From a bacterium (lineage in GTDB: Bacteria; Patescibacteriota; Minisyncoccia; Phycocordibacterales; UBA9973): a stretch of 64,000 bases of DNA. The DNA is taken from NCBI GenBank assembly GCA_027484965.1, contig JAIXRY010000015.1, positions 91,807 to 155,806 of the forward strand, written 5' to 3'. Position 1 is the first letter of the stretch. Each line of letters opens with the position of its first letter. The notes beneath the pieces were generated by a model that had not been told where the DNA came from, made no database searches, and was given only the letters and a program-made list of their open reading frames with translations. The position numbers and the translations under genes were made by a program. Positions 10,596 to 21,231 of this stretch are shown piece after piece.

Positions 10596-11237
10596 ATGGT
10601 TATTACATATCTAGGAAAACAATTCTTTAAAATTACTCAAGGTGATTTAACTATCGCTGTCAATCCAATATCAAAAGATTCAGATCATAAAGAATCACGT
10701 TTTGGAGCTGATATTGTTTTGGTTACAACAAATTATCAAGACTATAACGGTGTTGAAATGGTAACTTTCGGAGAGAAAGAACCTTTTGTTATTAATGGTC
10801 CTGGATCTTATGAAATTAAGAATATTCCAGTAGAAGGGGTAGAAACAGAAGTTCTCATTAATAATAAAAAATATATCAATACCGTGTATACACTTATTAT
10901 AGATGGTATTACTCTTGGTTTCCTAGGATCTTTTGGAGAAAATTCAGAAATCTCTTCTGATGTTCGTGAGCTTCTCAGTGTTGTTGATGTTCTCTTTGTT
11001 CCGATTGGGGGAGAAGGTGTTCTTGATTCAAAAAAGGCTTCAAAATTTGCGGTATCTACTGATACAAAAATAGTGATACCTATGGACTACGGAACAGATC
11101 GCACAGAAAAATCTCTCCCTCAATTCTTAAAAGAAATGGGTCAAGAAGGTGTTGTAGGAGAAGATAAATTAACTCTCAAGAAAAAAGATTTAGACGGGAA
11201 GGAAGCTGTGGTTTTCGTTTTAGAAAGTACTAAATAA
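10596..11237 (+). CDS. MBL-fold (Lactamase_B_3-like) protein with degenerate metal ligands
   Basis: ITYLG..FKI, GPGSYEI, DVLFVPIGG, VIPMDY; the HxHxDH motif is replaced by TTNYQDY. Confidence 0.7.
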   Translation: MVITYLGKQFFKITQGDLTIAVNPISKDSDHKESRFGADIVLVTTNYQDYNGVEMVTFGEKEPFVINGPGSYEIKNIPVEGVETEVLINNKKYINTVYTLIIDGITLGFLGSFGENSEISSDVRELLSVVDVLFVPIGGEGVLDSKKASKFAVSTDTKIVIPMDYGTDRTEKSLPQFLKEMGQEGVVGEDKLTLKKKDLDGKEAVVFVLESTK

Positions 11238-11245
11238 TATATTGT

Positions 11246-11503
11246 ATGGAATACATTAAAAGGATAAGAGAAAAACCTGAACATGTAAGAAAAAACTGGG
11301 CTCTAGGTATTACTTTTGTTTTTGGAGTGATAATATTCTTTATTTGGATTTTTGGATTTATTTCATCATTAAATGCTCCAAGCATAGAAACTAAAGTAAA
11401 AGCCAATATTTCACCTTTTAAAGTTTTGAAAGATAGCCTTGTAAAAACAACTGAACAAGTTGGCTCTGGTGTTAAAAATTTATCAGATTCGTTTAAAAAA
11501 TAG
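11246..11503 (+). CDS. small single-pass membrane protein
   Basis: KPEHVRK followed by one hydrophobic helix. Confidence 0.6.
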   Translation: MEYIKRIREKPEHVRKNWALGITFVFGVIIFFIWIFGFISSLNAPSIETKVKANISPFKVLKDSLVKTTEQVGSGVKNLSDSFKK

Positions 11504-11562
11504 TTAAAATTACCTTATATTCTTTGGAAAAAAGCCAAAAAATGCTATAATAAATACCTATT

Positions 11563-14010
11563 ATGAAAGAAGAACAACCATTGATACCTAAGCACGAAGG
11601 AGTTATTTCTGTAAATATTACTTCAGAAATGAAGACTGCATATATTGACTATGCCATGTCTGTTATTACAGAACGTGCACTTCCTGATGTTCGTGATGGA
11701 TTGAAGCCTGTTCATCGTCGTATTTTGTTTGCGATGCACGAAATGGGTCTCACTGCCTCTTCTAAAGCTCGTAAGTCTGCAGCGGTGGTCGGAGACGTAC
11801 TTGGAAAATATCACCCTCACGGTGACGTATCTGTATATGATGCAATGGTAAACCTTGCTCAAGATTTCTCAACTCGCTACCCACTTATTATTGGGCAAGG
11901 TAACTTTGGTTCTATTGATGGTGATAATGCTGCTGCGATGCGTTATACCGAAGCTCGTATGTCTAAGCTTTCTGGTGAACTTTTGAGAGATCTTGAAAAA
12001 GACACTGTTGATTTTCGTCCAAACTATGACGGTTCAAAAAAAGAACCTACAGTTCTCCCAACAGCTGTTCCAAATCTTCTTTTGAATGGAACTCTTGGTA
12101 TTGCTGTGGGTATGGCAACAAATATTCCTCCTCACAATTTGAGTGAGGTTATTGATGCTTGTACTCATCTTATTGATAATCCTGACGCTACTACTGACGA
12201 TCTAGCCGAATTTGTACTAGGTCCAGACTTCCCAACAGGAGGAATTATCTACAACAAGCAAGACATCTTGCATGCATATGCATCTGGACGTGGAGGAGTT
12301 GTATGTCGCGGAGAAACCGAAATCATCGAAGCAAAAAATGGAACTTTTCATATTATCATTACTTCAATTCCATATCGTGTAAACAAGGCTGATTTGATTA
12401 TGAATATGGCTGACCTTGTTCATGAGAAGAAGCTCGAAGGTATCAAGGATATGCGTGATGAATCTGCAAAAGATATCCGCATTGTTATTGAACTCAAGAG
12501 TGGGGTGCATCCACAAAAAGTTTTGAACTATCTCTTCAAACACACACAACTCGAAAGTACCTTCCATTTTAATGTAGTAGCGCTTGTTGATGGTGTTCCA
12601 CAAACTCTTTCACTCAAATCTTTACTTTCAGAATTCATTAGCCACAGACAAGTGATAGTTCGTCGTCGTACAGAATTCGATCTTCGTAAAGCAAAAGAAC
12701 GTGAACATATATTGCTTGGTTTGAAAAAAGCTCTCGATCATATTGATCGTGTTATTACAATTATTCGTGAATCAAAAGACGCTGCACTCGCAAAGGTTAA
12801 CTTGATGAAAGAATTCAAATTCAGTGAATTGCAAACAATTGCAATTCTTGAAATGCGTTTGCAAAAGCTGGCTGGTCTCGAGAGAAAAGCAGTAGAGCTA
12901 GAACTCAAAGAGAAACAAGCTTTCATTGCAGAGTGTGAAGCGCTCCTTGCAAGCCCAAAGAAAATGCTCAAAGTTATTGGAGAAGAACTGACTGCAATCA
13001 AAGAAAAATATGGTGATGAACGTCGTACTCGCGTAATGAAAGGTGGTGTTGCAAGTATTTCTGATGAAGATTTAATTCCTGAAAAAGAAAGCCTTCTCGT
13101 GTATACAAAAGGTGGTTATGTAAAACGTACTGATCCGTCAGAATACCGTTCACAAAAACGCGGAGGTGTTGGTGTTATTGATATTGAAACAAAAGAAGAA
13201 GATTTTGTGACAATGTTACTTACTGCAAACACTCACAGTGAACTTCTATTCTTCACTAATCTTGGAAAAGCATACCAAATCAAAATGTATGAAATTCCAG
13301 AAGGAAAACGTGCAACAAAAGGAAAATCAATTATGAATTTCCTACAGCTTTCTGACGCTGAAAAAGTAACATCTATTCTTCCAATTTCAAAAGAAAAGAA
13401 AGCAAGTGTTGGTCAACTTGTCCTTATAACAAAACACGGTGAAGTCAAAAAGGTTTCAGCAGAATCATTCAAAGATGTTCGTCGTTCTGGAATCATTGCA
13501 ATCAAACTTGAAGCAGGTGATGAGCTCGTATCAGTAGTAACAGCCGAAAAGAATACAGAAGTATTGCTTGCAACTATGCAAGGTCAATCAATCCGTTTTG
13601 ATGTATCTGATGTTCGTGAAATGGGACGTGCTGCAGGTGGAGTACGCGGAATGAAACTTTCAAAAGGCGATGGAGTTATTGGAGTTGCTGCTATTAATGG
13701 TGACGAAAAAGACGGTTCACTTCTCGTGCTTTCTGCAAATGGTCTTGGAAAGAAAACACCTTTGAAAGAATACAAAGTTCAAAAGCGTGGTGGATCTGGT
13801 GTGAAGACTGCTAAGATTACAGCAAAGACAGGTCAGCTAATCGCTGCAGCTGTGGTGAATGAAGCAACAGAGCTTGTGGCTGTATCTCAAAAAGGTCAAA
13901 TCATCCGTACTGAAATTAAGAGTATTTCAACATCAGGACGCGACACTCAAGGTGTAACTATTATGAAAATGCGTGATGGAGACTCAATTGCGTCATTGGC
14001 GTTTTTGTAG
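11563..14010 (+). CDS. gyrA: DNA gyrase subunit A
   Basis: [28 protein letters not shown], GyrA box QKRGGVG, pinwheel repeats. Confidence 0.98.
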   Translation: MKEEQPLIPKHEGVISVNITSEMKTAYIDYAMSVITERALPDVRDGLKPVHRRILFAMHEMGLTASSKARKSAAVVGDVLGKYHPHGDVSVYDAMVNLAQDFSTRYPLIIGQGNFGSIDGDNAAAMRYTEARMSKLSGELLRDLEKDTVDFRPNYDGSKKEPTVLPTAVPNLLLNGTLGIAVGMATNIPPHNLSEVIDACTHLIDNPDATTDDLAEFVLGPDFPTGGIIYNKQDILHAYASGRGGVVCRGETEIIEAKNGTFHIIITSIPYRVNKADLIMNMADLVHEKKLEGIKDMRDESAKDIRIVIELKSGVHPQKVLNYLFKHTQLESTFHFNVVALVDGVPQTLSLKSLLSEFISHRQVIVRRRTEFDLRKAKEREHILLGLKKALDHIDRVITIIRESKDAALAKVNLMKEFKFSELQTIAILEMRLQKLAGLERKAVELELKEKQAFIAECEALLASPKKMLKVIGEELTAIKEKYGDERRTRVMKGGVASISDEDLIPEKESLLVYTKGGYVKRTDPSEYRSQKRGGVGVIDIETKEEDFVTMLLTANTHSELLFFTNLGKAYQIKMYEIPEGKRATKGKSIMNFLQLSDAEKVTSILPISKEKKASVGQLVLITKHGEVKKVSAESFKDVRRSGIIAIKLEAGDELVSVVTAEKNTEVLLATMQGQSIRFDVSDVREMGRAAGGVRGMKLSKGDGVIGVAAINGDEKDGSLLVLSANGLGKKTPLKEYKVQKRGGSGVKTAKITAKTGQLIAAAVVNEATELVAVSQKGQIIRTEIKSISTSGRDTQGVTIMKMRDGDSIASLAFL

Positions 14011-14011
14011 A

Positions 14012-14425
14012 ATGAAAAAATCATTTTCAATTTTAGGAATATTAATCTTGCCTGTCATTATTTTAGGTTATTTCTGGTATCAGAATCAAAAAGATATTAT
14101 TCGTGGAATTTTTGCGAGATGTGAGCGATCTGAGTATTTTGTTTATCCTGGTCAATCGCGTAAAGAAATAGACGGAAGTCCTAAGATAGTAACACCAGAA
14201 GTAATAGATACAATACCTCAGGTTACTGTTTATTCAGGGGAGAAAGTACTAGTAAAAGATACTCCCGTCGAAATTAGTTTGTATGGCTTTGCTCCAGTTC
14301 CAGGACAAGAAGGATTTATTGGTCCGCTATATGGTATAAAAGGAAATGATAATAAAGTGTATGATATATGGAAAAGAGGTTCTGTTGATAAATGTGGAGT
14401 TATTTTTGCAATAAAAAAACTATAA
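14012..14425 (+). CDS. hypothetical membrane-anchored protein
   Basis: ATG 1 nt after gyrA stop, N-terminal TM. Confidence 0.65.
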   Translation: MKKSFSILGILILPVIILGYFWYQNQKDIIRGIFARCERSEYFVYPGQSRKEIDGSPKIVTPEVIDTIPQVTVYSGEKVLVKDTPVEISLYGFAPVPGQEGFIGPLYGIKGNDNKVYDIWKRGSVDKCGVIFAIKKL

Positions 14426-14470
14426 AAGAACAGAGGCGCCCTTCGGCGCCTCTGTTCTTTTATAGTTTTT
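14415..14470 (+). terminator. intrinsic terminator, 26-bp perfect inverted repeat
   Basis: aaaaactataaaagaacagaggcgcc-cttc-ggcgcctctgttcttttatagttttt. Confidence 0.85.
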
Positions 14471-14594
14471 AAAACCTAAAAACTAATCCCTACCTCTTTT
14501 CCCTCATCCTTTGTTGTAATATAACTATAATATATAGTAATTTTACCACTTGAAAATGACACTAAAATAGTTATACTTATTCTAAAACATTAAT

Positions 14595-14789
14595 ATGAAA
14601 GTTAAAATAAGTTTAAAAGCCAGGGAATTGTTTAAAAACAAATTAATGACCCGTCAATTTTTGCGTGAACTTATGAGAGTTCAAAAAGAAGGTTTGGCAA
14701 ATCTAGAAGGCAATAATATAAAACAAAATAGTGGTTTATCTTATGAAATTAGACTAGGCAATACTGTCTATAAGGTAAAACAACTTTAG
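14595..14789 (+). CDS. small basic hypothetical protein
   Basis: 64-aa ORF with upstream ttgaaa...tatact and downstream hairpin/T-tract (14827-14872). Confidence 0.5.
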   Translation: MKVKISLKARELFKNKLMTRQFLRELMRVQKEGLANLEGNNIKQNSGLSYEIRLGNTVYKVKQL

Positions 14790-14918
14790 TGTTCAGATTG
14801 TTTTTAGATGAAAAGTAAAAGAAATAAAGGCGCCGTGTGAGATATTTACCTCGCTTGGCGCCTCTCTTTTTTGTTGTTAACTTTTAACTTTTACCTTTTA
14901 ACATTATACTTAGAGTAC

Positions 14919-15446
14919 ATGTTTATAAATCCAGACAATATTGTAAATTCACTACCAATTCATCCAGGGATGGTTGTTGCTGATATTGGAGCGGGAAGTG
15001 GAGCTTTTTCTATTCCTTTTGCAAAAATAGTGGGTAATTCCGGAAAAGTCTATGCAGTGGATGTTCAAAGGGAATTACTTTCTCGTATTCAAAAAGACGC
15101 ACACTCACTCGGTCTTCGAAATATATCGATACTATGGGGTAATGCCGAACAGCATAATGGAACGCACCTAAAAGAAAAGAGTATAGACGTTGTTCTTGTT
15201 TCAAATGTCTTATTTCAAATAGAACACAAAGAAAATTTTGCAAAAGAGATTTTGCGCATACTTCGTCCAAATGGATTTGTCGTGTTAATAGATTGGTCAG
15301 AAAGTTTTGGTAATCTTGGTCCAAGATCTGATCACGTTTTTTCTGAAAAACAAGCAAAAGAGCTTTTTGAAAGTTCTGGATTTACTTACTCACAAAAAAT
15401 ATCTTCCGGCGCACATCATTATGGTATAATATTTAAACATGGATAG
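14919..15446 (+). CDS. class I SAM-dependent methyltransferase
   Basis: VADIGAGSG motif I, VYAVDVQ, RILRPNG. Confidence 0.9.
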   Translation: MFINPDNIVNSLPIHPGMVVADIGAGSGAFSIPFAKIVGNSGKVYAVDVQRELLSRIQKDAHSLGLRNISILWGNAEQHNGTHLKEKSIDVVLVSNVLFQIEHKENFAKEILRILRPNGFVVLIDWSESFGNLGPRSDHVFSEKQAKELFESSGFTYSQKISSGAHHYGIIFKHG

Positions 15447-16728
15447 TAAGAAATTTTCAATCATTCTTATTGTTATCTTCATTATTGGAGCAATATTTGC
15501 TGTACTTCTTTTTTCTGGTGCTATTAAGGTGGGAAAGTCTAAAACAGACACTACGCCAAGCGGTTCTGTTGTTATTTGGGGTACTCTTCCACAAGCATCT
15601 CTTTCTGATATCTTGGATAAAATAAATATGTCCACAAAGACTATTTCTGTTACATATATAGAGAAAGACGCTAATACTATTCCAAGTGACCTTACAAAAG
15701 CAACTTTAGGTGGATTTTCTCCTGATATTATACTTGCTCCAGAAGATACTATTTTTCAGATTTCATCATTAATTAAAAGCACTCCATACACGAGTTACCC
15801 AGAAAGTTTGTTCAGACAGTCTTTTATGGAAGCTGGGGAAGTCTTTTTGGATAAAGACGGTATTATTGCTTTTCCTGTTACTATTGATCCTCTTGTATTT
15901 TTTTATAACAGAGACGTGCTTTCTGTTTCTGGTTTTTCACAACCACCTCTAATATGGGATGAGTTGTTTATCATGAATGATTTAATCACTCTTAAGGATG
16001 CGAGTGGTACTATCACTCGCGCACTTATTCCTTTTGGGCAATTTGATAATGTATTTCACGCTAAAGATATATTAGCAGCGCTTATGCTTCAAAGTGGTAA
16101 TAAAATTGTAGACACAACAAGTGGTGTAAAAATATCAACACTCGCAGACACTACAGACACTTCTAAAGTAATAAACTTCTTCACTTCATTTAGTGATCCA
16201 ATATCTAATGTATATGCTTGGAATAGAGCTCTTCCTGAGGCACGCGATACTTTCTTGGTAGGGAAGCTTGCTTTCTATCCTGGTTTTGCAAGTGAAATTT
16301 ATACTCTTCGTGAAAAGAATCCCAATCTTAATTTTGCTCCAGGTCAACTTCCTCAAATAAGAGGTACAGAGCGTCCAATAACTCTTGCTCATGTTCTTGG
16401 AGTGTCTTTGACCAAGTCAGCGCCTAATCCAAACGCTGCGTATTCAGTAATGCTTTTATTGTCAGGGCAAGAATTTTCTGGAGCTCTCGCAGATACACTA
16501 GGTCTTCCGAGTGCTCGTCGTGACACTATAAACAAAGCTACAACATCTTCGTATGGAAACTTGTTTCTACGCTCTGCACTTATAGGACGCTCTTGGTTTG
16601 ACCCAAACAAAGATGCTACAAATTTAATATTTAAAAATATGATTTTAAATATTAATAGAGGTAGAAGTTCTGTTGACCAAGCAATCTCTCAAGCAAATAT
16701 TGAACTTAGAAGTCTTTTGAGTCAATAA
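15439..16728 (+). CDS. membrane-anchored extracellular solute-binding protein (family 1-like)
   Basis: N-terminal TM, VVIWG, PDIIL, DPLVFFYNRD, FLVGKLAFY; no permease nearby. Confidence 0.8.
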   Translation: MDSKKFSIILIVIFIIGAIFAVLLFSGAIKVGKSKTDTTPSGSVVIWGTLPQASLSDILDKINMSTKTISVTYIEKDANTIPSDLTKATLGGFSPDIILAPEDTIFQISSLIKSTPYTSYPESLFRQSFMEAGEVFLDKDGIIAFPVTIDPLVFFYNRDVLSVSGFSQPPLIWDELFIMNDLITLKDASGTITRALIPFGQFDNVFHAKDILAALMLQSGNKIVDTTSGVKISTLADTTDTSKVINFFTSFSDPISNVYAWNRALPEARDTFLVGKLAFYPGFASEIYTLREKNPNLNFAPGQLPQIRGTERPITLAHVLGVSLTKSAPNPNAAYSVMLLLSGQEFSGALADTLGLPSARRDTINKATTSSYGNLFLRSALIGRSWFDPNKDATNLIFKNMILNINRGRSSVDQAISQANIELRSLLSQ

Positions 16729-16735
16729 TATTATT

Positions 16736-18970
16736 ATGAAAAAATATTCACCTATCATTACATTATGTCTTGCGCTTAGTTTGTTTGTTTTATTCCCAAA
16801 ACAAATACACGCATCATTTGATTTTACTGCTTCAGTATCTTCTGATATTGTTGAAAATGCCAAACCTGGAAATGATGGCACTAAATTAAACTTAAGATAT
16901 TCGGTAACAGCAGCTTCTGGAACAACTCAAACAAAGAGTATTAAAGTTTTCAAAAAAGACAATCCAACAGAAGTTGGTACTGTAAGTAATATTAGTACTA
17001 CTTATGTAAAACTTTACGATGAGGTTGGATGGGGTAGAAACGGCTCTCTGCCATATCATAACAAAGCGTTTTATGAACAAATAGGTACAAATCAGATTAC
17101 AAAAAGAAATTCTCTTTTTGTCTTGCTTTATAATGCTGTTCCAAAACAAGTTGATAAGCCAAATGAATTAATAAAAGGTACTCTTGTTTCTTGGCAAGAA
17201 ATACCTCTCAAAATAAATACTGTTTCAAATGATGGAAATATTGTTTTTGATTCTTTGATAAAAGATAAAAGTTACATTCCAGAAATTTTAGTCGTCAATA
17301 CTGGTTATGGTTCCAATTTAGTCGTCACTGGTAGTGCAATTAAAACAGGTAATACTGTAGGTGCTGGAAATACCTCAAGTGACGATCCTTTTGTGCAAGC
17401 TTCTATTAAGACTAAAGTGGTTTCTAATGTTACTCAATATAATATCTGTGTTGAGATAAATAAATACGCCAAAGCTGATAAGCCAATCAAAATAACAAAA
17501 GGAACTATTGTTGATGGAATTTTAGTCCCAAGCACTCCTTTGAGTGTTGTGAGTGTTACAGATCAAGTTCCAGAGACGCGTATTACTGATACTATGGCTC
17601 GTAGATTGCTTGACTGTACAGAACCTCAAGCGCTTCTTGCAAATACTTCATATGTCGCTGATTTTGATTTTTTAATTACAGATGACGATGCGTATGAACA
17701 AGATCCGGTAACAAGACCTTACTCAGTTCGTGTTTTAGTAAAGACTTATGCAAGTGGACTTGGAGCTGATATTAGTAGAGTGCCTTTATCTAATGGAAAT
17801 CCTGGTACAAATCAAACACCTTCAATCGGTAATTCTCCAAATCTAATTGCAACAAAATTAAGTAATGGTACACACAATGCTTGTGGTTATGTTGATCAAG
17901 CAGATAAGCTTTCAGATATAAACATATCTCTAACTATGGGGACACTAAGTCAGACAGGTAATGCAAGTCCTGTTATTACTCCTGATTATGATAATCGTAC
18001 AGTCACAAAAGCAAAAAGTGATATTAATGAGCAAATAAATCAAAGTACCAAGAGAGGTACTTACTGTACAAATTTTGGAGAACTACTTCCTGGAAACTAT
18101 GTCTTTAAAATGAGTACCATTTTTAATGGGCTTCCAAATATTACAGAATACAGAACTCTTTTTATTGGAGGGTTAAATCCTGGTAGAGTTCCTATGGTTG
18201 ACCCTGTAATTTCTGTTGTTTGGTCAAAAAAGAACAATGCATTTATTGTTACCGGAAAAATAACAAATCTTCCTCCTAATAATGGGGGTACAATAGTGCT
18301 TGTAAAAAAAGGTACTTTTCAAGAAATTAAGCCACTGCAAGCTGATATGGATGGATACTCTACTCCACAAAGAGAGTTTATTATTAGTGCGAAATTTAGA
18401 AATCTCGCCCCTGGTATCTATGTTGCTGTTGTGAGACCTTTACATTCAGATGCTACTCCATTTATTACACCTCAAGGTAGAATTGAGAGAGTTTCAGAAG
18501 AATTTGAAACCGAAAATATAAAAGCGATAAGTCCTGATGATACATTAGATCCGGGAACAGGTACAGGAACGGGAACTGGTTCCGGAACTGGTGGAGGTTT
18601 GTTTGATGATATTGGTGGAGATTTGCTTGAAATCCCAAAAAACGGACTTGTGTTGTGTGGAAGACCTGGTCAGCCTGCTTGTGATTTTAATATGTTGTTG
18701 ATAACTATAAATAAGGTTATTAATTTTGCACTTACGTTAATTGCTACTCCTATAATGCTCTATATGTTGTTTAAAACAGCATGGGAATTCTTTACAGCAG
18801 GAGGGAGTACAGATCAGATCAAGAGAGCAAAACAAAGACTACTCGCTATTGTTATTGGTTATGTGATTGCTCTTACTGCATGGCTTGTTATTAAGACAAT
18901 TATTATACTTCTGGTAGGTGAGGATAATATAACGGGAACTAACCCCATATTTAAGACATTCTTCAATTAA
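16736..18970 (+). CDS. large secreted beta-rich protein with C-terminal pilin-like (TrbC/VirB2-type) membrane hairpin
   Basis: Signal peptide, GT linker, LVLCG..QPAC, two TMs around AGGS.DQIKRAK. Confidence 0.7.
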   Translation: MKKYSPIITLCLALSLFVLFPKQIHASFDFTASVSSDIVENAKPGNDGTKLNLRYSVTAASGTTQTKSIKVFKKDNPTEVGTVSNISTTYVKLYDEVGWGRNGSLPYHNKAFYEQIGTNQITKRNSLFVLLYNAVPKQVDKPNELIKGTLVSWQEIPLKINTVSNDGNIVFDSLIKDKSYIPEILVVNTGYGSNLVVTGSAIKTGNTVGAGNTSSDDPFVQASIKTKVVSNVTQYNICVEINKYAKADKPIKITKGTIVDGILVPSTPLSVVSVTDQVPETRITDTMARRLLDCTEPQALLANTSYVADFDFLITDDDAYEQDPVTRPYSVRVLVKTYASGLGADISRVPLSNGNPGTNQTPSIGNSPNLIATKLSNGTHNACGYVDQADKLSDINISLTMGTLSQTGNASPVITPDYDNRTVTKAKSDINEQINQSTKRGTYCTNFGELLPGNYVFKMSTIFNGLPNITEYRTLFIGGLNPGRVPMVDPVISVVWSKKNNAFIVTGKITNLPPNNGGTIVLVKKGTFQEIKPLQADMDGYSTPQREFIISAKFRNLAPGIYVAVVRPLHSDATPFITPQGRIERVSEEFETENIKAISPDDTLDPGTGTGTGTGSGTGGGLFDDIGGDLLEIPKNGLVLCGRPGQPACDFNMLLITINKVINFALTLIATPIMLYMLFKTAWEFFTAGGSTDQIKRAKQRLLAIVIGYVIALTAWLVIKTIIILLVGEDNITGTNPIFKTFFN

Positions 18971-18988
18971 TAGGTTATAATTATTTAT

Positions 18989-19441
18989 ATGAAAAAGATA
19001 GTACCAACGTTTGGAATTTTAGGAATACTTTTTTTAGGAAGTATTTCACCTGTTTTTTTGTCTAACCAGAATCTTGTTCATGCTCAAGGAACATCGACAG
19101 GTACAACGACTGGGGGTGGGGGTGCGTCTACAGGGTCAGCATCTTCGAATACAAACAAATCATTCAACCTTTCTTTTACAATAGATAATCCTATTAAAGC
19201 AAACAACCTCCAAGAACTCATTGAAAGACTTTTAAAGCTTGTGTATCTTGTAGGTGTTCCAATACTTGTTTGTTTCTTGCTTTGGGCTGGGTTTCTATTT
19301 GTTGAAGCTCGCGGAAATGATAAGAAATTAGTTATTGCTCGTCAAAATTTATATAACGTCGTTATTGGGGCAGTTTTATTCCTCGGTGCATACACAATAG
19401 CAAAAGTTGTAATAGCAACATTAAAAGATATATTCAACTAA
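18989..19441 (+). CDS. TrbC/VirB2-like pilin
   Basis: Signal peptide (VHA), NPI, two TMs around ARGNDKKLVIARQNL. Confidence 0.75.
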   Translation: MKKIVPTFGILGILFLGSISPVFLSNQNLVHAQGTSTGTTTGGGGASTGSASSNTNKSFNLSFTIDNPIKANNLQELIERLLKLVYLVGVPILVCFLLWAGFLFVEARGNDKKLVIARQNLYNVVIGAVLFLGAYTIAKVVIATLKDIFN

Positions 19442-19445
19442 TAGT

Positions 19446-20264
19446 ATGAAAAATTTATTATACAAAATCATTGTTCCTTCATTACTTGTACTTGCTTTCA
19501 TAATCCCTATATTTCCCCAAAAAGCACAAGCTCTGACAGATCAAGAACAACAAGTAATTCTCCAGACAGCACTTTCTGCTATTATGATAGCTTTTCCGTA
19601 TATTTGTGGAGGTGCGTCTGTACCTACAGATACACCAGAGCAAGCGCAGCAACGTGAAAAAGTTAGACAAGCTTGTAGAAATACCGGGCAAATAAGTTCT
19701 CAAGTTATGTATATATTGATACAGTTATACCCTGAAGTATGTCAAAGAATGCCAAATGTTTGTTCTAGTATTATGCAAGTATTGGGTGCACTTGGTGGAA
19801 GTGGGGTTGTAGGTGGTTTTGGTGGTACAGGCCCTACAGTTATAGGAACTGGAGCGGGAGGAGCTATCTCTACTGGTCCAACTGCTGGTGGTGGTGGAGC
19901 TTTCGTTTCTACTGGCCCAACAGTTGCTAATATTACATACGCGTCCGGTCCTGCAAATGGAGGGTGCCCATCTGGTATATCTAATATTTCTGATATATAT
20001 CTACTCGCAAAATGTATTTTGGCTGGAATGGTTATTCCGATGATATTTATACTAGCATTCTTGGTATTTCTTTGGGGTGTGATGCAATTTATAAGAAAAG
20101 GAGACAATCAAGCAAAACGTCAAGAAGGTATTAATTTTATGTGGTACGGAATAGTTTCTCTTTTTGTAATGACTTCAGTGTGGGGAATTGTTAAGATTGC
20201 TACGACGACTCTCGGAGTAGATGGCACATATATACCAAAAGTAGAATCCCCAAAGAAAAACTAG
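19446..20264 (+). CDS. pilin-like protein with Cys/Gly-rich N-terminal region
   Basis: AQA signal; FLWGVMQFI...MWYGIVSLFVMTSVWGIV. Confidence 0.72.
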   Translation: MKNLLYKIIVPSLLVLAFIIPIFPQKAQALTDQEQQVILQTALSAIMIAFPYICGGASVPTDTPEQAQQREKVRQACRNTGQISSQVMYILIQLYPEVCQRMPNVCSSIMQVLGALGGSGVVGGFGGTGPTVIGTGAGGAISTGPTAGGGGAFVSTGPTVANITYASGPANGGCPSGISNISDIYLLAKCILAGMVIPMIFILAFLVFLWGVMQFIRKGDNQAKRQEGINFMWYGIVSLFVMTSVWGIVKIATTTLGVDGTYIPKVESPKKN

Positions 20265-20356
20265 CACTTATATATATATATTTTGTATAATATGAAGAGT
20301 AGGCGCTGTCGTGTCTATGGACTATTAGTTTTTATTATTATTTATAATTTTTTATT

Positions 20357-20758
20357 ATGAAAAAGTTTATTCCTTTTGCAAGTGCACTTGCTCTTCCAGC
20401 TCTTGCTTTTGCACAAACTCGACCAGATTTTACTTATCTCGAATCTACATTTAATGCAGGTAAAGGTGTTTTAAGTGGTGCTATTAATGTGATAATGATT
20501 CTTGCATTCGTATATTTCCTTTGGACAGTTATTCAGTTTATTAGAGCAGAAGCTGGTAAAAAAGCAGATGCTCGTACAAATATGATTTATGCAATCATTG
20601 GTTTGTTTGTAATGACTTCTGTTTGGGGTATTGTTGGTATTCTTCGTCAAACAACTCAAGCAGGTCAAGGCGGTCAAGGTACTATTACTTGTCCTCCAGG
20701 AACTACTGCACAACAAGTAACTGGCGCTAATGGTCTTAGAACTGTTGTTTGTTACTAA
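20357..20758 (+). CDS. TrbC/VirB2-like pilin
   Basis: LPALAFAQ; YFLWTVIQFI...YAIIGLFVMTSVWGIV. Confidence 0.75.
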   Translation: MKKFIPFASALALPALAFAQTRPDFTYLESTFNAGKGVLSGAINVIMILAFVYFLWTVIQFIRAEAGKKADARTNMIYAIIGLFVMTSVWGIVGILRQTTQAGQGGQGTITCPPGTTAQQVTGANGLRTVVCY

Positions 20759-20760
20759 GT

Positions 20761-21087
20761 ATGTTTTGGTTAATTCCTTTTACTCAAATAGCTCATGCAC
20801 AAGATGTGGGAGAAAAGTTGATTAATACTGTTTTAGACAAGATTATTAATCCACTAGTATTCTTCTTGTTCGTTGCAGCTCTTATATACTTTCTTTGGGG
20901 TGTCTTTATGTATCTCAAAGATGGTGATAAACAAGACGCTAGAACTACAGGTTCACGGCACATTCTTTGGGGGCTGGTGGGTTTGGTTATTATGATGAGT
21001 GTATACGGCATCATACGACTCGTTGTAAACACCTTCAACTTTCAAGCACCAAGTCGTACTGTAGACTTGAAGAGTATAGGGAAATAG
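20761..21087 (+). CDS. TrbC/VirB2-like pilin
   Basis: IAHAQ; YFLWGVFMY...ILWGLVGLVIMMSVYGI. Confidence 0.75.
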   Translation: MFWLIPFTQIAHAQDVGEKLINTVLDKIINPLVFFLFVAALIYFLWGVFMYLKDGDKQDARTTGSRHILWGLVGLVIMMSVYGIIRLVVNTFNFQAPSRTVDLKSIGK

Positions 21088-21116
21088 AAATTCCAAAATC
21101 AGAATATTGAAATTTA

Positions 21117-21179
21117 TATTTTGTCTTCGATTCGAATAATGTAAAAATATTTTTTACTTACTCCTCGCTCGACAAAATA
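21117..21179. repeat. short interrupted palindrome related to the 22961/59227 motif
   Basis: tattttgtc...gacaaaata closing stem, contains cctcgctcga as at 23059-23068. Confidence 0.5.
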
Positions 21180-21210
21180 AAAAAAGCCCCGCCGTAAGGT
21201 GGGGCTTTTT
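21180..21210. terminator. bidirectional terminator
   Basis: aaaaagccccgcc-gtaa-ggtggggcttttt. Confidence 0.8.
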
Positions 21211-21231
21211 GTTGCGAGTGCAACGAAAGAG

